Source: Heteronotia binoei
Lineage: Eukaryota
Direction: 5' to 3'
Assembly: GCF_032191835.1 (NCBI RefSeq)
Contig: NC_083238.1
Span: forward strand, 34,782,001-34,846,000
DNA length: 64,000 nucleotides
Below, in pieces: positions 1 through 12,272 of the stretch. The notes beneath the pieces are model-generated. The model did not search any database. It saw only the letters and a list, made by a program, of their open reading frames with translations, and was not told where the DNA came from. Within the stretch, counting starts at the first letter, position 1. Each line of letters starts with the position of its first letter. The position numbers and the translations under genes were made by a program.

Positions 1-3
1 TGG

Positions 4-159
4 NNNNNNNNNNNNNNNNNNNNNNNNNNNNNNNNNNNNNNNNNNNNNNNNNNNNNNNNNNNNNNNNNNNNNNNNNNNNNNNNNNNNNNNNNNNNNNNNN
101 NNNNNNNNNNNNNNNNNNNNNNNNNNNNNNNNNNNNNNNNNNNNNNNNNNNNNNNNNNN
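4..159. other. Assembly gap or masked run (N)
   Basis: Run of N. Confidence 0.99.
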
Positions 160-203
160 GCCAGTTCTCCTGTAACAGCTCATAAACAGTATGTAATGAA
201 GAA

Positions 204-375
204 NNNNNNNNNNNNNNNNNNNNNNNNNNNNNNNNNNNNNNNNNNNNNNNNNNNNNNNNNNNNNNNNNNNNNNNNNNNNNNNNNNNNNNNNNNNNNNNNN
301 NNNNNNNNNNNNNNNNNNNNNNNNNNNNNNNNNNNNNNNNNNNNNNNNNNNNNNNNNNNNNNNNNNNNNNNNNNN
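204..375. other. Assembly gap or masked run (N)
   Basis: Run of N. Confidence 0.99.
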
Positions 376-1178
376 GGGGAGGGGCGGATCATCGATCTTT
401 GCATTTCTATCTCGCCCGTGGACATTTAATTTGGTTTTTCTATTAGCGCCCCGAAATAAAGAAAATATAAAATATATTAAACAACCCACAGATTTATTTT
501 CTTGTCAGAAACAATTCAGGGGTGATGACAGACAGTCTTTTCGCGTTTTATGATGAATTATTTTTTTCTTCTGCCCACTGGAGACGAAGAAGGGGGGGAG
601 GGAGAGGGGGGCGCGAGAGAAGAGAATAGATGCTGTTCTTTTTGGACAGGGGGTCTGGGGGGGGGCACTGTCTTCTCCTGTTAGCTGCCCCATCTATCTC
701 AATGCCTTTGTTTTTAAGGGTTACAACTCCCACGTTAGCGAAGAGCAGGGAAAAGAAGGGCGATACATCACCGCTCCAAATGTGCTACTATAATCGTATT
801 TCTTTAATGGGGGTGTTCAGGGAGCAAGAGAAAAAGGAGGGGGGGTGGGGGCGTGCGTGGCTTATCTAACAAAGAACCCCTGGGAACACTCCAGTATATA
901 TTTAACCAAACTGCAATTAAAGACAGTATCAGCTTGTATCATTTAGAGCTAATGCAATAATAATGGTAAATTACAGGGCCAAAATGGCTTGTGATAGCAG
1001 CCTTTTGTATTCCCTGTAGTTTCCGCGTCGTTGTAATTAATGCCAGGGTGAGCAGTTGGTAAAGGCGAATTTCGTGCAAGGGACATCTTGGGCTTAACGG
1101 CAGCGACAACAAAAATCGAATGGAGAGAGCCTCGCTGGTGCACCCCCCCCCCCATCTCCTCGCGCATTTTTTGTCCAT

Positions 1179-1348
1179 NNNNNNNNNNNNNNNNNNNNNN
1201 NNNNNNNNNNNNNNNNNNNNNNNNNNNNNNNNNNNNNNNNNNNNNNNNNNNNNNNNNNNNNNNNNNNNNNNNNNNNNNNNNNNNNNNNNNNNNNNNNNNN
1301 NNNNNNNNNNNNNNNNNNNNNNNNNNNNNNNNNNNNNNNNNNNNNNNN
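1179..1348. other. Assembly gap or masked run (N)
   Basis: Run of N. Confidence 0.99.
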
Positions 1349-1924
1349 TCCTAGCCAAATAGTTTTGGAGAAAGTTATCTTCAACAACATTCTGTGTGAT
1401 GAACAGTGTGGGGGGACACACACCAATATTTCTATTTCGTTTTGAGATGCAAAACATTACTTCGGAGTCTTGATGGCACAAAATAAAACCCGCCCTTCTA
1501 ACGGAATGAATTAAGATTGGTATTTACATAGAAGATGGAAGAAAGCCCTAAAATAGTCACATACATTAAAAATGGGGTCAAATTAATGTCTGTTTACTAT
1601 TTCCCCTCCCTTTCCAGAATGCGGACGCTGTATTTGTAAGCGCTCATCTGTCGGGCCAGCCAATTAAAGTTAAACCAATGTTTGGACTCATTGCCCCTCT
1701 GTTATAAATATGAGCAACGCTTTGCATTGGTTTTGTGTGTGTGTGTTTGTGTTGATTAATTTAATGCATCTGATATGTGCATGAAAACCCATATTAAATG
1801 TGTTATTTTAAGAAATTTTCATAAACCAGAATAACATCTTTTCAAAATAAAACCAGCAAGTGTCATTACACGAGGTATTCGCAGGGGCTTTAGCAAAATC
1901 TGGTTGCTTTTGATTTAAATACCA

Positions 1925-2123
1925 TTTATTTTACATGACCAAACACAATAAATAACGTAATATACAAAGCTTTGTCGTTATTGCACATTTGTAAAATATT
2001 TTACAGGGAGTTCCGTACAGCCAGCAATATCTGAAGCACAAAGACTTTATTTACAGTTTTCATATAATAATAACCAGGTCCAACGGACCAAACATAAAAC
2101 GATTTTAGAGTCTTATTTTTATT
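1925..2123 (-). terminator. Candidate Evx2 polyadenylation signals in an AT-rich distal 3' UTR
   Basis: Minus-strand AATAAA (plus-strand TTTATT) at 1925, 2046 and 2118, about 2.3 kb beyond the Evx2 stop. Which one is used cannot be determined. Confidence 0.4.
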
Positions 2124-4381
2124 TGTTCCCCCAACCAGCAAAACCTTCTCGATCCTTTCTAAGCTATATATATTTATATTTATATTTCAGAAAAAAATGT
2201 AAACATTATTGCCAAAATTATCTCTACATCCAATAAAGGGGACCATGGCAATTGGTTTTCGACAAATCGAAAAAAAGGTAAAGCTGGTTAAAGAATCCCG
2301 CGTTTTGGTCTATTTTCTTTCAGTTAACGTTAAATTATATATTAATAAAATTTAAATATAAATTCAGTGAACAACAGCTGGTATATCTCTTCTCCTTCTT
2401 TTAATACATAAGTAGTCTGGTTCCTTACTCTTACAAAAATTATTTGTTTTCGAGTTAGGTCATTAGTTTAAAGTTCTCTAAATATCTTACCCAGAGTTCT
2501 GATCAAGATAACCCATCTTTTTCTGCTTTCAGCATCTCCTTGCTGTGCCCCCCCTCATTTTGTCCTACCTCTGTTCAAGCAATCTGTCTCCATCCTTTGA
2601 CCACACACACACACACAAAAAAAATCTAGTTTATGTTCACTGAACAAAGCAGTAGATTTTTTTTTAACAAAAAAAAAATCATGCCCTGAAAGTCAGAATC
2701 TGGACGGGAAAAAAAATCCAGTGTCTTAAAAACAGAAGAATTCTGGACACTTATTTGAAATATATATAAATTGGAGAGAAAATAGGTAGGCTTCGGTGCC
2801 TGCCTTCGCACCGTATACCCAGGGCCTAAATAAGCAATTGCTAGTTATTTCAGGGCTTCAGAAAAATCTCATTATGTGAAGAGCGAAGTGGCTCTGTGGG
2901 GAGCATTATGGAAACCTCCGAATTTGATTTAATGAGGCTTTTCACATTGGTGGAATATCAACTCGAAGAGAAGAACAAGAAGAAGAAGAAGGGGGCAAAG
3001 GGAAGAGGGGGGGGAGTCTACCCGGGGCGTCCAAGTTACCAAAATGAAAATTGGCAATTGAGATGATAAGAACCGTGGCTTCCATGTGCAAAAATCACTT
3101 CCCAGGTAGCAGAGATAACATTAAATAACAGACATTCTTTGCACCGAGAACAATGTTTTATGTACCGAGTCTCTTATCTGTCTCTTCTAATGACTTCCCT
3201 TTGCGGGTTGTTAGTATTTGACAGCAGGTCTCCGCGCGGGGAACTTTTCTTCCCCCAATTCCACATTCAAAGGAGGTCCATCAGAGAACATGATTGGCAA
3301 TTTTCGTCATAATCTGCACATTATTAGCATCAGAACTGACACGGCTGTAACGCCGCTGGTTTGGGTGGCGCCTTCAAGTTCGCAGAAGTCCCTCCAGTCG
3401 TAGCGGGGGTGGGGGGAGAGGGGGGGTTGGTCCCTCCTACCCCGGGGTAGCTTTTCAAGGGCCAAAGAGGGGGAGAAAAATAAAACCCGGACTCATTATT
3501 TCTCCTTCCCCTTCCCTTTTTTTTAAGTTTTCAACTAACTAAAATTAATATTAATCATAAAGTATCCGAAGATCAGTAATTTTAGAACAATTCGTCACAT
3601 GTCTAGAAAGCTTCAAGTATTTCCCAGATAACCGTGGACTATGGTCGTTTCAGACATAACACCGCCCCCCCCCCACCCCAAGAAACCTCCCTATTTTTCT
3701 AAACCACCTTCCAGTCAGCTTCTTTTCCTTTTCACGAGCTTATCCTTGGCTCTATAGGGGGGTCTCTTCCAAAAACACGCAGCCGTTTCCATTTCAAGAG
3801 GTCAGGCCCGAGCGGAAACGGTCCCTAAGAATCGCATTTTCTCTTGGACGGAATAATCCTTGAGCTATGGTCTCTGTTCCAGGGCCTATTTGCTCCGTCC
3901 TCAGAAAATTTCCCTTAAAGGTAGAGTGAGGTGTCTGCGTGTTAATTTGGAGGTTGTTACTTTTTAAAAAATATCCAATTTTTTTAAAAATGGTTAGGCT
4001 ATCCTTTAAAAAAAAAAAAAAGGACGCTGGTGCTCCACCACTTCCCTTTGTGGCCGACAGGGGGAGCAACGCAGGAGGCTTGGCGAGCAGCATTCAAGTA
4101 CAGAGAGTGTCTGGAAACCTGCCCTCGGGTGGCTCCAAGGGACGGGGCTGGGGAGGGAGCGTTTGGGGAAAGGAGAGTTGATCCCTTCCCGGGGCGGCTG
4201 CTGCCCCCCAGGTCCTCCCTTATGCATCGGGGTGGGGGGCATGGCCAACCCAGCCGCCGCAAGAGTCCTGCCCAGGCCAGCAGCAGCAGCTTCTGCGCGC
4301 CCTCCTCCTCCTGCAGCGTCTCTGGCGGGGCTCCTTTGGCGGTGGCCCCGGCGCGCCCTGGGCGGTGGTTGCGGGGAGCGG

Positions 4382-5017
4382 TTATCTGGTCAGGGGGGCG
4401 TCGTCGCGCTGGTCCGGGGAGGCCACAGCCGTCTTGCTGAGGACGGCGGCGGAGTAAGGCAGGAAGCCGCTCTCGGAGCGGGGCGCATGGGGGGCGGTGG
4501 CAGCTCCAGCTGCGGCGGCGCAGGTGAAATCGGCGGCTGGGGTGCGGGAGCCGAGGGCGGCGGCGGCGGCGGCTTGGCTGCTGTGGCAGCTGAGGCAGGA
4601 GCAGGGGGCGGCGGTGGGGGCGGTGGGAGGGGCGGCCGAGGAGGCGGCTGCGGCGGCTGCAGCGGCTGCGGCGGCGGCAGCGGAGGGCGCCTGGTAGAGG
4701 CCCGGGTGGCGGAAGCTGCAGAGGAGCTCGGGGCGGGAGTAGGGGTGCGAGAGGGCGCGGAAGGTGTCCAGCGGGCGGATGGAGGCGGCGAAGGGCGAGG
4801 CGGTGGCGCCGGTGGCCGCCGCAGCCGCCGCCGCCGCGGTGACTCCGACGTGGGGGTAGTAGTGGAGCGGCACGTGGGAGTGGAAGGGGTAGGGCAGGCT
4901 GCCGGTGGCCGCCGCGTGGGTCATCATGTAGGTGTAGAAGCTGGGATCCGCCGGGTGGGGCCACGACATGGCCAGCCGCTGCCGCTTGTCCTTCATGCGC
5001 CGGTTCTGGAACCACAC
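4382..5017 (-). CDS. Evx2: Evx2 coding exon 3 (homeodomain helix 3 and Ala-rich C-terminus)
   Basis: cag|GTG acceptor. Encodes [32 protein letters not shown]...[10 protein letters not shown] then TAA at 4384-4382. Confidence 0.97.
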   Translation of the reverse strand: MWFQNRRMKDKRQRLAMSWPHPADPSFYTYMMTHAAATGSLPYPFHSHVPLHYYPHVGVTAAAAAAAATGATASPFAASIRPLDTFRALSHPYSRPELLCSFRHPGLYQAPSAAAAAAAAAAAAASSAAPPTAPTAAPCSCLSCHSSQAAAAAALGSRTPAADFTCAAAAGAATAPHAPRSESGFLPYSAAVLSKTAVASPDQRDDAPLTR

Positions 5018-6673
5018 CTGAGGGGGGAGAGCAAGAGCAGCCCAGTGGGTAGGCGGGGGGGTGGGCAGCGGCGGCCAGGCGGAGGGGGGGCTTCCTGCAC
5101 GCCCACCACCCGTCCCCAAAAGGACTCCCTCTCAGCCCCCTCCAGAAACAAAGCACACACCCTCCATGCGCGCGCAAAGGTCTTACACCGGTTCCCCCTC
5201 CCCAACTCCCCTCTGGCCAGTGGTGCGCAGGATCCAGCAAGTTCTTTGGTACTCCCCAACGGGGATTCCCCCCCCGCCCGCTTCTTGCCGGTGACCCCCG
5301 CTGGAACGTCCCCCCCCCCCAGCAGAAAGACGCCCTCCGCTTTGCCTTTGCACCGCTGTCTCCCTAATTAATGCAGCCACGCCGGCCTCACAGTTTCTCC
5401 CAGAACCGTCCGGGAGGATTTCCCTCCCCGACGGCTCCGTTCTGCCTTGCTACATGTTAAATGGAGAATCCGTCCCCCACCCCCACCCCGCGCTCTCGCA
5501 CAGGCCCGGGAGAAGAGAAGTCAGACCGCGGGGCCGCGTCACCAGCCGCTCCGGAAACAAACGAAGCCCAGAACACTGGAGTTTGGGGTCTGTTTTACAC
5601 CCTGCTGAGTTTCACACAAACTGGGTTGCGGAAGCAACAGGACAGCAGGGCCCAGTTTTTGCAGGGACCGTTTGGGCTACTGGAGCGCACCCGCGCGCGC
5701 ACCCTTAGAACGGGTTAGATCTCACCCTTGGATGGGGGGGCGGGGGGGGGCCTTTGCGACGAAACAGCGTTATTGCCTAGATTTCTGCACTTGCTTCACT
5801 GTCTATCCTGCCCTACAAGAATTTCTTTTTAATTTTTTGAAAAAATCTATTCCACAGCAATTGACAAAACAAAACAAGCCCGAGGACATTTCCCTGCCTG
5901 AAGCTGAAAAGACTCCTGCGCAGACCTGCTCAGAATCGCCCGGTTGGTCCCAGCGCAGACCTGGAAGTTTGGCCACCCTCCAGACCAAGCGAGCTTTGAG
6001 AGTTAAGAAAACGGGTGATTCTTTCCCCGACTTCTATCTGGCCTCATCCCTTCTTTAGGGAGCTGGAAGAGGCCTTATCCCTGGAGCTGCCACCCCCTTC
6101 CCCCCCCCCGTTCTTCCAAAACCAAACCAAACCGAAAACAAAACAAAAAAAAACCTTGTACAGAAAAACGAACCAAAAAGAAAGCAACCGGAGAAAGACT
6201 ATACGCTACAATTCCGTTCCAAAACGGATCAGTTCATTCCATCGACGCATTTGCATCGTTTCAATAAATTGCATGCTTTCCCCAGTTGTTGTTTTACACT
6301 CACTCTTTTTTCTTTCCCTTCGGAAACGTGCAGAACAATAGAAGGAAGAAAATGTAAAACTCTTTCTTCCCAGAGAGAAAGCAAAAGAACGAAAAGGCTG
6401 CGCGGAGTCACAAATGAACAGCCGGCGATGGCGCGATTCTCTTGTTTGTTTGTGTTAGGATGCTGTTCTCAGTGGCCTCGTTTCGCTACCCTGGGGAAGA
6501 AGAAGCCAGGGGGAGGGCGCGTAAATCGCCCCCTCTTCCCTATCGCCAAGACCTTGCTGGACTTGGCTGCGCTCGGGTGACTGCAGAACCCGAAGGACTG
6601 GGCCTAGCTCCCCCCTTTCCAAATTCCGTCCCATTCCTGCGCGCCCCCCCCCCCCTCCCAAGCTTTGCAATAC

Positions 6674-6924
6674 CTTAATTGTGGTCTCGGGGAGGTTGAG
6701 GGCCGCGGCCAGCTCGCACCGCCGGGGCCGAGAGACATAGTTCTCCCGGTAAAACTCCTTCTCCAGCCGGGCGATCTGCTCCCGGGTGAAGGCGGTCCGG
6801 TACCTCCGGACTTGATCCGCGCTGGAGCCCGAACTCCCCAGAGCGCTCCCGCTGTGCAGGCTGCTGAGACTCGAACCCGACGACGAGGTGGTGGTGCTGG
6901 GCGTGGAGCTGTTCTCCGAATAGC
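6674..6924 (-). CDS. Evx2: Evx2 coding exon 2 (homeodomain N-terminal part)
   Basis: ctcag|GC acceptor and AAG|gtattg donor. Encodes GYSENSS...[49 protein letters not shown] (even-skipped class homeodomain). 445+251 nt = 232 whole codons. Confidence 0.97.
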
Positions 6925-7898
6925 CTGAGAACAAACAACAAAGCAGCGATTCAGGCAGCCAGGAAGGCTTCTGTCCCGGGCGGGTTTCGCCGCCGCCCTT
7001 TGCCAGACGGACTGGCTGGTAATTGATGCCGACTGTCACGGATACGAATGGCCGCCGCTCACAGGATCAATAAAAAAAAAGTTTCTTTTCTAGACCGAAA
7101 ACGAATGGCTTCGTCGCTGAAAGATCGTACGGAAATTTAGACGCTTTCTTTCTAAAAATGCTCTCTTTTCTACCTTGGGCATTCGATTCACCCAGAGAAA
7201 AGTTGGGAACGCGTTTTGTGAAGCTGGGAAGGGAGGCCGATTCTGGTTTGCCTGCTGTCGCAGAAGAGAAACAGAACCCTTAAACTGAAAGACTTGGGCT
7301 GTAGATTAATTTTCTCCCAGGGCAAATTTCGCAAAAAAAGAAAAAGAAAGAAAGAAGAAAAGAAAAGAAAAGAAAAAGTGAAATGCCACAGCAGAAGAGG
7401 GGGAAATCCCCTCTGATTACTTACTATCGTTTTGGAAACACTTTCATAACAGGATCTGTTTCCAATCTCACGTTGTTTTTAAAAAGTTGCCTTTAAAGAT
7501 TATCTCGAATTATTCTGACAGTCAGAATTAAATGAATAACCTTAAGAGTAAAAAAAAAAAATTGGTAGGGCGGGAAGGAGGAACACACAAATTCGCTTTT
7601 TAAAAGAAAGTGGATAGTTAGTGTTTTTTTAGAGAAAATATCAAACGAAAAGGCCGAGGGAATAGGAAATAATTCGCCGAGGAGGATCGAAACCTCCGGG
7701 CGGAACAACACACCCTCGAAACACATACCCTAACTGCTGCCCGGAAAATGCTCGGTCCTAAACGCTCTATACAGCCCCCCTCTCCCAAACTTCCCGAGAG
7801 ACACCTGCCTAGACACTTCTGATCGGAAAAGACACCGTCAAAGACGCTGGCGAAAAGAAGCTTCGGTCTCCAAACGCACAACAATAAATCCGGGGATG

Positions 7899-7912
7899 CC
7901 CCCAGATGGTGC
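7899..7912 (+). promoter_or_regulatory. Possible CTCF motif in Evx2 intron 1
   Basis: CCCCCAGATGGTGC, 12/14 match to CCASYAGRKGGCRS. Confidence 0.4.
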
Positions 7913-8313
7913 GTCCAAACACGCCCGCGAAATCCTGTTACGAGTTGAAGTGGGGTCGTGAGTTGACTAGGGGAGGGGTGTGCTTGTCTGAATACCACCC
8001 AAGACCCAGGTCAGAGATTTCCCTGCGCTTCCCGGCCTGTCTACAGACTAGAGAATCTGATCCCTCCAGCCTTAGATAGAGACTCCCCTGCTGCCTGGTG
8101 CCCCCGTGCCATAAAGGGTCAGCATATCCGCTCGGGCGTTTAAGGGCTGAGTGTACAAGCCCAAACAGGGCGCATTGGGTACCGCGGAGCGCCCAGCCGG
8201 CCTGCCAAGTTCTTGCCCCGCTGAGCGCCCGCCTCGGGGAGGGGGAGACGGCGGGCGGGCGGGCGGGCGAGCGAGGGAGGGAGGGAAGGAAGGAAGGAAG
8301 GAAGGAGGGTTAC

Positions 8314-8758
8314 CTTTGTTGTTGTTCTCCTTCAGCTGCGAGGCGGCCAGGCCGCCGGGCGAGCGCAGAGCCGAGCAGCCCACCTCCACGTCGCTGTTCA
8401 TCTCTGCCTCCTGAGCCACTTCGGAGTAATGGCCGATTTTCTTGCGGCTCTCGGCCGGCGGCAGCTCGGCGGCCCCGACGCCCTCGCCGCTCTGCTGCTG
8501 CTGCTGCTGCTGCTGCAGGTTGAACAAAGCGTCGATCTCGAATTTGCCTTTGCCGGGCAGGTCCCCCAGGGCGCCGTGCAGGGAGGCCGGAGGCAGCCGC
8601 GGGCTGAGGCGGCCGCCGTGGTGGTGGGGCGAGTTCTCCAGGGCCTCCAGCACCGCGGCGCCGGCGGAGTCGGACAGGCTGGCCAGCCGTTTGCCCGCCG
8701 TCGGGCTGTGCAACCCTCGTTCCATCAGGATCATCTCCTTTCTTATTCTTTCCATCAT
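8314..8758 (-). CDS. Evx2: Evx2 coding exon 1 (join 8758-8314, 6924-6674, 5017-4382; 443 aa)
   Basis: Translates [24 protein letters not shown]...[11 protein letters not shown]...[15 protein letters not shown]...KENNNK, the characteristic Evx2 N-terminus. ATG at 8758 and GT donor at 8313 (AAAG|gtaacc), phase 1. Confidence 0.96.
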
Positions 8759-9059
8759 CTCAGCTGGGGTGTGTGTGTGTGTGTGTGAGTGTGAGTGTAT
8801 GTGTGCGCTCACGGGGGGGGGGGTGCGAGTCTCTATGTGTGTGTGTGCCTGTGTTTCTCCCCCTTTCGAAGAAAAAAAAATATATATCTATGTATCTATT
8901 AAAAAATGTCAAAGTTGCCAAAGCGGGTCTCTTCTTAATGATGAGGCTGCAGCGGTGGCTAATTCGCATTCAGCCCGGCGAGTGTCTCTAAATATTATCA
9001 CCCCTTTTGGAGGGAGGCGTAAAAAAGAAGAAGCAGAAGAAGAAGAAGAAGCCGCGAGA

Positions 9060-9260
9060 GATGCCAAAGCGAAGGGAATGACTGGTCAAAATGACCCATA
9101 CATCCTTCCCAGCCCCGAAATGTCATTCATCACGAAAAAGGAGCGCTCGTCATTAAGGTACGAATGACGCTGGTCGAATAATCATTTATTGTAACAGGTT
9201 TATAAGCAAATAAATACAAGCTCCTGTCAGCGGATAACGAAGGCGGCTTCTGAGTAGACA
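9060..9260 (-). promoter_or_regulatory. Evx2 promoter-proximal, probably conserved AT-rich block
   Basis: Low-complexity-free AT-rich island within GC-rich flanks (cgctcgtcattaaggtacgaatgacgctggtcgaataatcatttattgtaacaggtttataagcaaataaatac), 300-500 bp upstream of the Evx2 ATG, with TAAT/TTTAT motifs. Conservation is inferred, not aligned. Confidence 0.5.
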
Positions 9261-10916
9261 AATAGATCCAGGTAGCGAGAGAGAGGGAGAGAGAGGCAGG
9301 GCGGGAGAGCCGGAGCGAAGAGGCGAGCGCCTGTCCTTTCCCTGGCGCAGCTCCTGCCTGGCTCGCTGGGGGGGGGGGGTGTTGGCCTCTGGGGGTGAAA
9401 TTGACAGTCTGATTAATAAAACCAGCAGAGCAACATTTCCCCCTTCATTTAGGTGCATCATTATGCTCTGATTTCCAAACCCCCCCCCCAACAGTACCAC
9501 CACCTCCCCCCCCCCCCCCTGGCTTTTGTATGTGTGCGCGCGTCTTTTGGAACAACCTTTCCATGCCGCGTCTTTCTCGTTTGTCCTCGGCCCAGGCGAA
9601 ACAAGGTGAAAGGGGGGGGGGGTTGGTTTCGAAGGAGGCGGATTTTTTTGTGTGTGGGGGGGAGAGAACCTTGGGAGCAGAAAAACTGCTCAAGGTAGAT
9701 TTGAGGCGAGACTTTGCCCCTCTCCCCCTCCCGGTGGAACGCCTTTTCCCTCATTTTCCTTCCCTGTTTAAAGGGGGGGGGGGGACAGGAGGAAAGGACC
9801 TCCAACAACCAGCAGGTTCCCCTGGAAGAAAGCGACACGACCTCCGCCCTCCCTTCCCCCACCCCCACCCCCTGCTTCTGACTTTCATCACAATTCTGGC
9901 AGATACCTACCAGCTCAAGTGTCTCTACCGCCAGCCGCCGCCTGGGCAAGAAGCCATGGATTGTAATGGGGGGGGGGGGGGCGGTGTTCAATGTATTTCT
10001 TTTGCAGGCGTCAACAAACCAGGATCTCGGCGCTGGTGCCGTTTGGAGACGAGGGGGGGCTTTCTATAAGCCTGTTTATTGACGGAACACGTCTAAAGTC
10101 CTTCCTTCTCCTCTGGCTCAAAAAATCCCGTTTCTGGCGGAACAGCTGAGTGCGAGAAAGGTGCCGAGGGACCTTAAAGACATGATTCAAAGCGCCACAG
10201 AGGCGCAAAAAGAGAGACAGTCAGAGAGCCAGAGGAAAACCTTCCTTCATTTATTCAGTCATTCTCTACCGGGTTCCTCACCAGGCTCCTCTTTCGATCC
10301 AAGACACCCCCCCCCCCAATAAAGTCTAGATTTCAAGGTGTCAAAGGTATTAGCGAAGTCGAAGACTCTCATCAGCTTCCCCTAGATAACCCCCCCCCCC
10401 CAACGCACCCGCACACCCCGCCTGCGCGCAAAGTTACCTGGCAGGTAGTTGGCTGATCTGTTTCCTTTCCGAGGTTCTGCGGAAGAGCCAATCTCTCCCG
10501 ACGTCTTAAGGGACTCTGGGGGAAGCCATTGGCCGCCCTTCCGCTTTGCGGACCCTCTTTCCCCCCTCACAATCCCGATTCTCACGAAGACGCCGCCGAG
10601 AGGGCAAACCTTTCAAGGAAGAGAAAGCCTTGGTCAGGAGCATCCTGGGAGACAGAGTCCATGCTCAAGACCGACCGTCCAGCCTTCTCCGTGCCAGGCG
10701 CAGGTGCCTCTTTTTCCTTCCTCCTTTTCTTCGGCTACAGTTGCCCATTCTGACGGTGAGGGACAATAGAAGAGTCCTTCGTGTTCTCGGAGATGCGCTC
10801 TTGCGTCAAACACCCTAACCCTCACAGGCCAGGTGGCTGGGTCCGCAGGGTCCAACGACTTGCTAATTGGAGGCCCCCTTTGGCTGATCCTAAATCACTT
10901 TCACTTCAGACAGGAT

Positions 10917-11068
10917 GGCTGCGATCACACACCCTAAATCATGCACTTTCCATCCACTTTCAGTGCGTTTTCCAACTGGATTTCACTGTCTGAACAGGGA
11001 AAATTCAGTTGGAAAGTGCATTGAAAAGTGGGTTGAAAGTGCATTGTTTAGGATGTGTGATCCCAGCC
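10917..11068 (+). mobile_element. Family A palindromic MITE (Harbinger/PIF-like), copy 1
   Basis: ggctgcgatcacac...gtgtgatcccagcc. The whole ~150-bp element is an imperfect inverted repeat around the core ctggattt-actgtgtgaactggc-aaaatccag. Strand denotes the orientation of this asymmetric core. Confidence 0.85.
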
Positions 11069-11348
11069 AATTAGTCCCAGACGAATCCAGTGAGTTTGAA
11101 TGGAACACGGTTAAGCACATGGCTGATCCCCCCCCACACACACATATGACTGAGGACTATTAACTATTATTTTGGAGAACATACACCGTGGGGATGAAAT
11201 CTGGAGAAAGTTCACAGTGCAGGAAACTGCATTGAGGTCAAGAGGATGGAACGTTTTTAATAAAATTAGGCGACTTATGGGCGGCCCCCTGGGGTGCTCA
11301 AGGCAAGAGGGCATTCAAAGGTGTGTTGTCTTTGCCTACCTCTGCGTA

Positions 11349-11561
11349 GGGACGGTGGCTCAGTGGTAGAGCATCTGCTTGGGAAGCAGAAGGTCCCAGG
11401 TTCAATATCTGGCATCTCCAAAAAAGGGTCCAAGCAAATAGGGGTGGAAAACCTCTGCTTGAGACCCTGGAGAGCCGCTGCCAGTCTGAGAAGACAATAC
11501 TGAGTTTGATGGACCAAGGGTCTGATTCAGTATAAGGCAGCTTCATATGTCCATATGTTCA
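11349..11561 (+). mobile_element. tRNA-derived SINE with MIR/L2-like tail (Squam3/Ther1-like)
   Basis: Pol III A box TGGCTCAGTGG (11356) and B box GGTTCAATATC (11399), followed by a non-tRNA body and the tail gatggaccaagggtctgattcagtataaggcagcttcatatgt. The family name is from recall. Confidence 0.8.
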
Positions 11562-11590
11562 ACCCCGGAGTCCTGGACTCCCGTGAACGC

Positions 11591-11624
11591 CTCTCATCCA
11601 AGTACTAACCAGGGCCGACCCTGC
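11591..11624 (-). mobile_element. 5S rRNA-derived fragment (5S-headed SINE remnant or 5S pseudogene piece)
   Basis: The reverse complement gcagggtcggccctggttagtacttggatgagag matches the 5S rRNA internal control region (...gcagggtcgggcctggttagtacttggatgggag...). The match decays outside ~35 bp. Confidence 0.7.
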
Positions 11625-11857
11625 AATTCTTGCGCTCTGACTAGGTCGGACTAGCTTGGGCCATGGAAACCAGGCGCCTCGAATTGTCCCTGCGTAGCTC
11701 CTCGTGGGTTCATCACCTAAGTGTGTGATGAACCAGACTGAATCAGATTTCTTCCCCGTTGGCTTGATTTACGGTTGAGTGTGTGGATTTTTTTAGCGCC
11801 ACCCAACTGAGGATTTAAACAGGTTTGATTCTAAGCACACTGCTGGGAACTAAACAT

Positions 11858-11998
11858 GGCTGTGATCACACACACCAAATAATGCGCTTCCAACACACTT
11901 TCAATGTGCTTTCCAACTGGAGCCTGCCAGTTCACACAATAAAATCCAGTTGGAAAGTGGACTGAAAGTGTATTATTTAAGTGTGTGTGATGGCAGCC
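11858..11998 (-). mobile_element. Family A palindromic MITE, copy 2
   Basis: ggctgtgatcacacacaccaaataatgc...tattatttaagtgtgtgtgatggcagcc with the core reversed (gccagttcacacaat). Confidence 0.85.
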
Positions 11999-12138
11999 CA
12001 TGAGTCCACTGATCGAATCAAAAGGAAAATTAGGGTGGGCATTTAGGGACTGGACCGAAGAGTGCCTTTCATGAAGTCCTATCCAGCAGTGAATTAAGGC
12101 GAAATCTCGTTGTCTGTATTTAGCCCACTGGAAACAAT

Positions 12139-12272
12139 NNNNNNNNNNNNNNNNNNNNNNNNNNNNNNNNNNNNNNNNNNNNNNNNNNNNNNNNNNNNNN
12201 NNNNNNNNNNNNNNNNNNNNNNNNNNNNNNNNNNNNNNNNNNNNNNNNNNNNNNNNNNNNNNNNNNNNNNNN
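12139..12272. other. Assembly gap or masked run (N)
   Basis: Run of N. Confidence 0.99.

Noticed and set aside
180-1481. ORF-track entries spanning X runs
   Set aside because: These are artefacts of reading through N gaps. The same applies at 12.1, 33.1, 35.8 and 36.3 kb.
3999-5371. Long ORFs of 413 aa (-) and 402 aa (+) overlapping Evx2 exon 3
   Set aside because: These are shadow frames of a very GC-rich exon, low-complexity G/A/R/P with no domain. The same applies to 23292-23984, 23338-24042, 49986-50858 and 50050-50670.
8759-8812. N-terminal extension [15 protein letters not shown] of Evx2
   Set aside because: The track start is GTG and the peptide is a translated (CA)n microsatellite. 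The conserved start is MMERIRKE at 8758.
11349-11420. Possible tRNA gene
   Set aside because: A and B boxes are present, but there is no acceptor stem and the sequence continues into a SINE body and tail.
11591-11624. Possible 5S rRNA gene
   Set aside because: Only ~35 of 120 nt match. It was called as a 5S-derived fragment.
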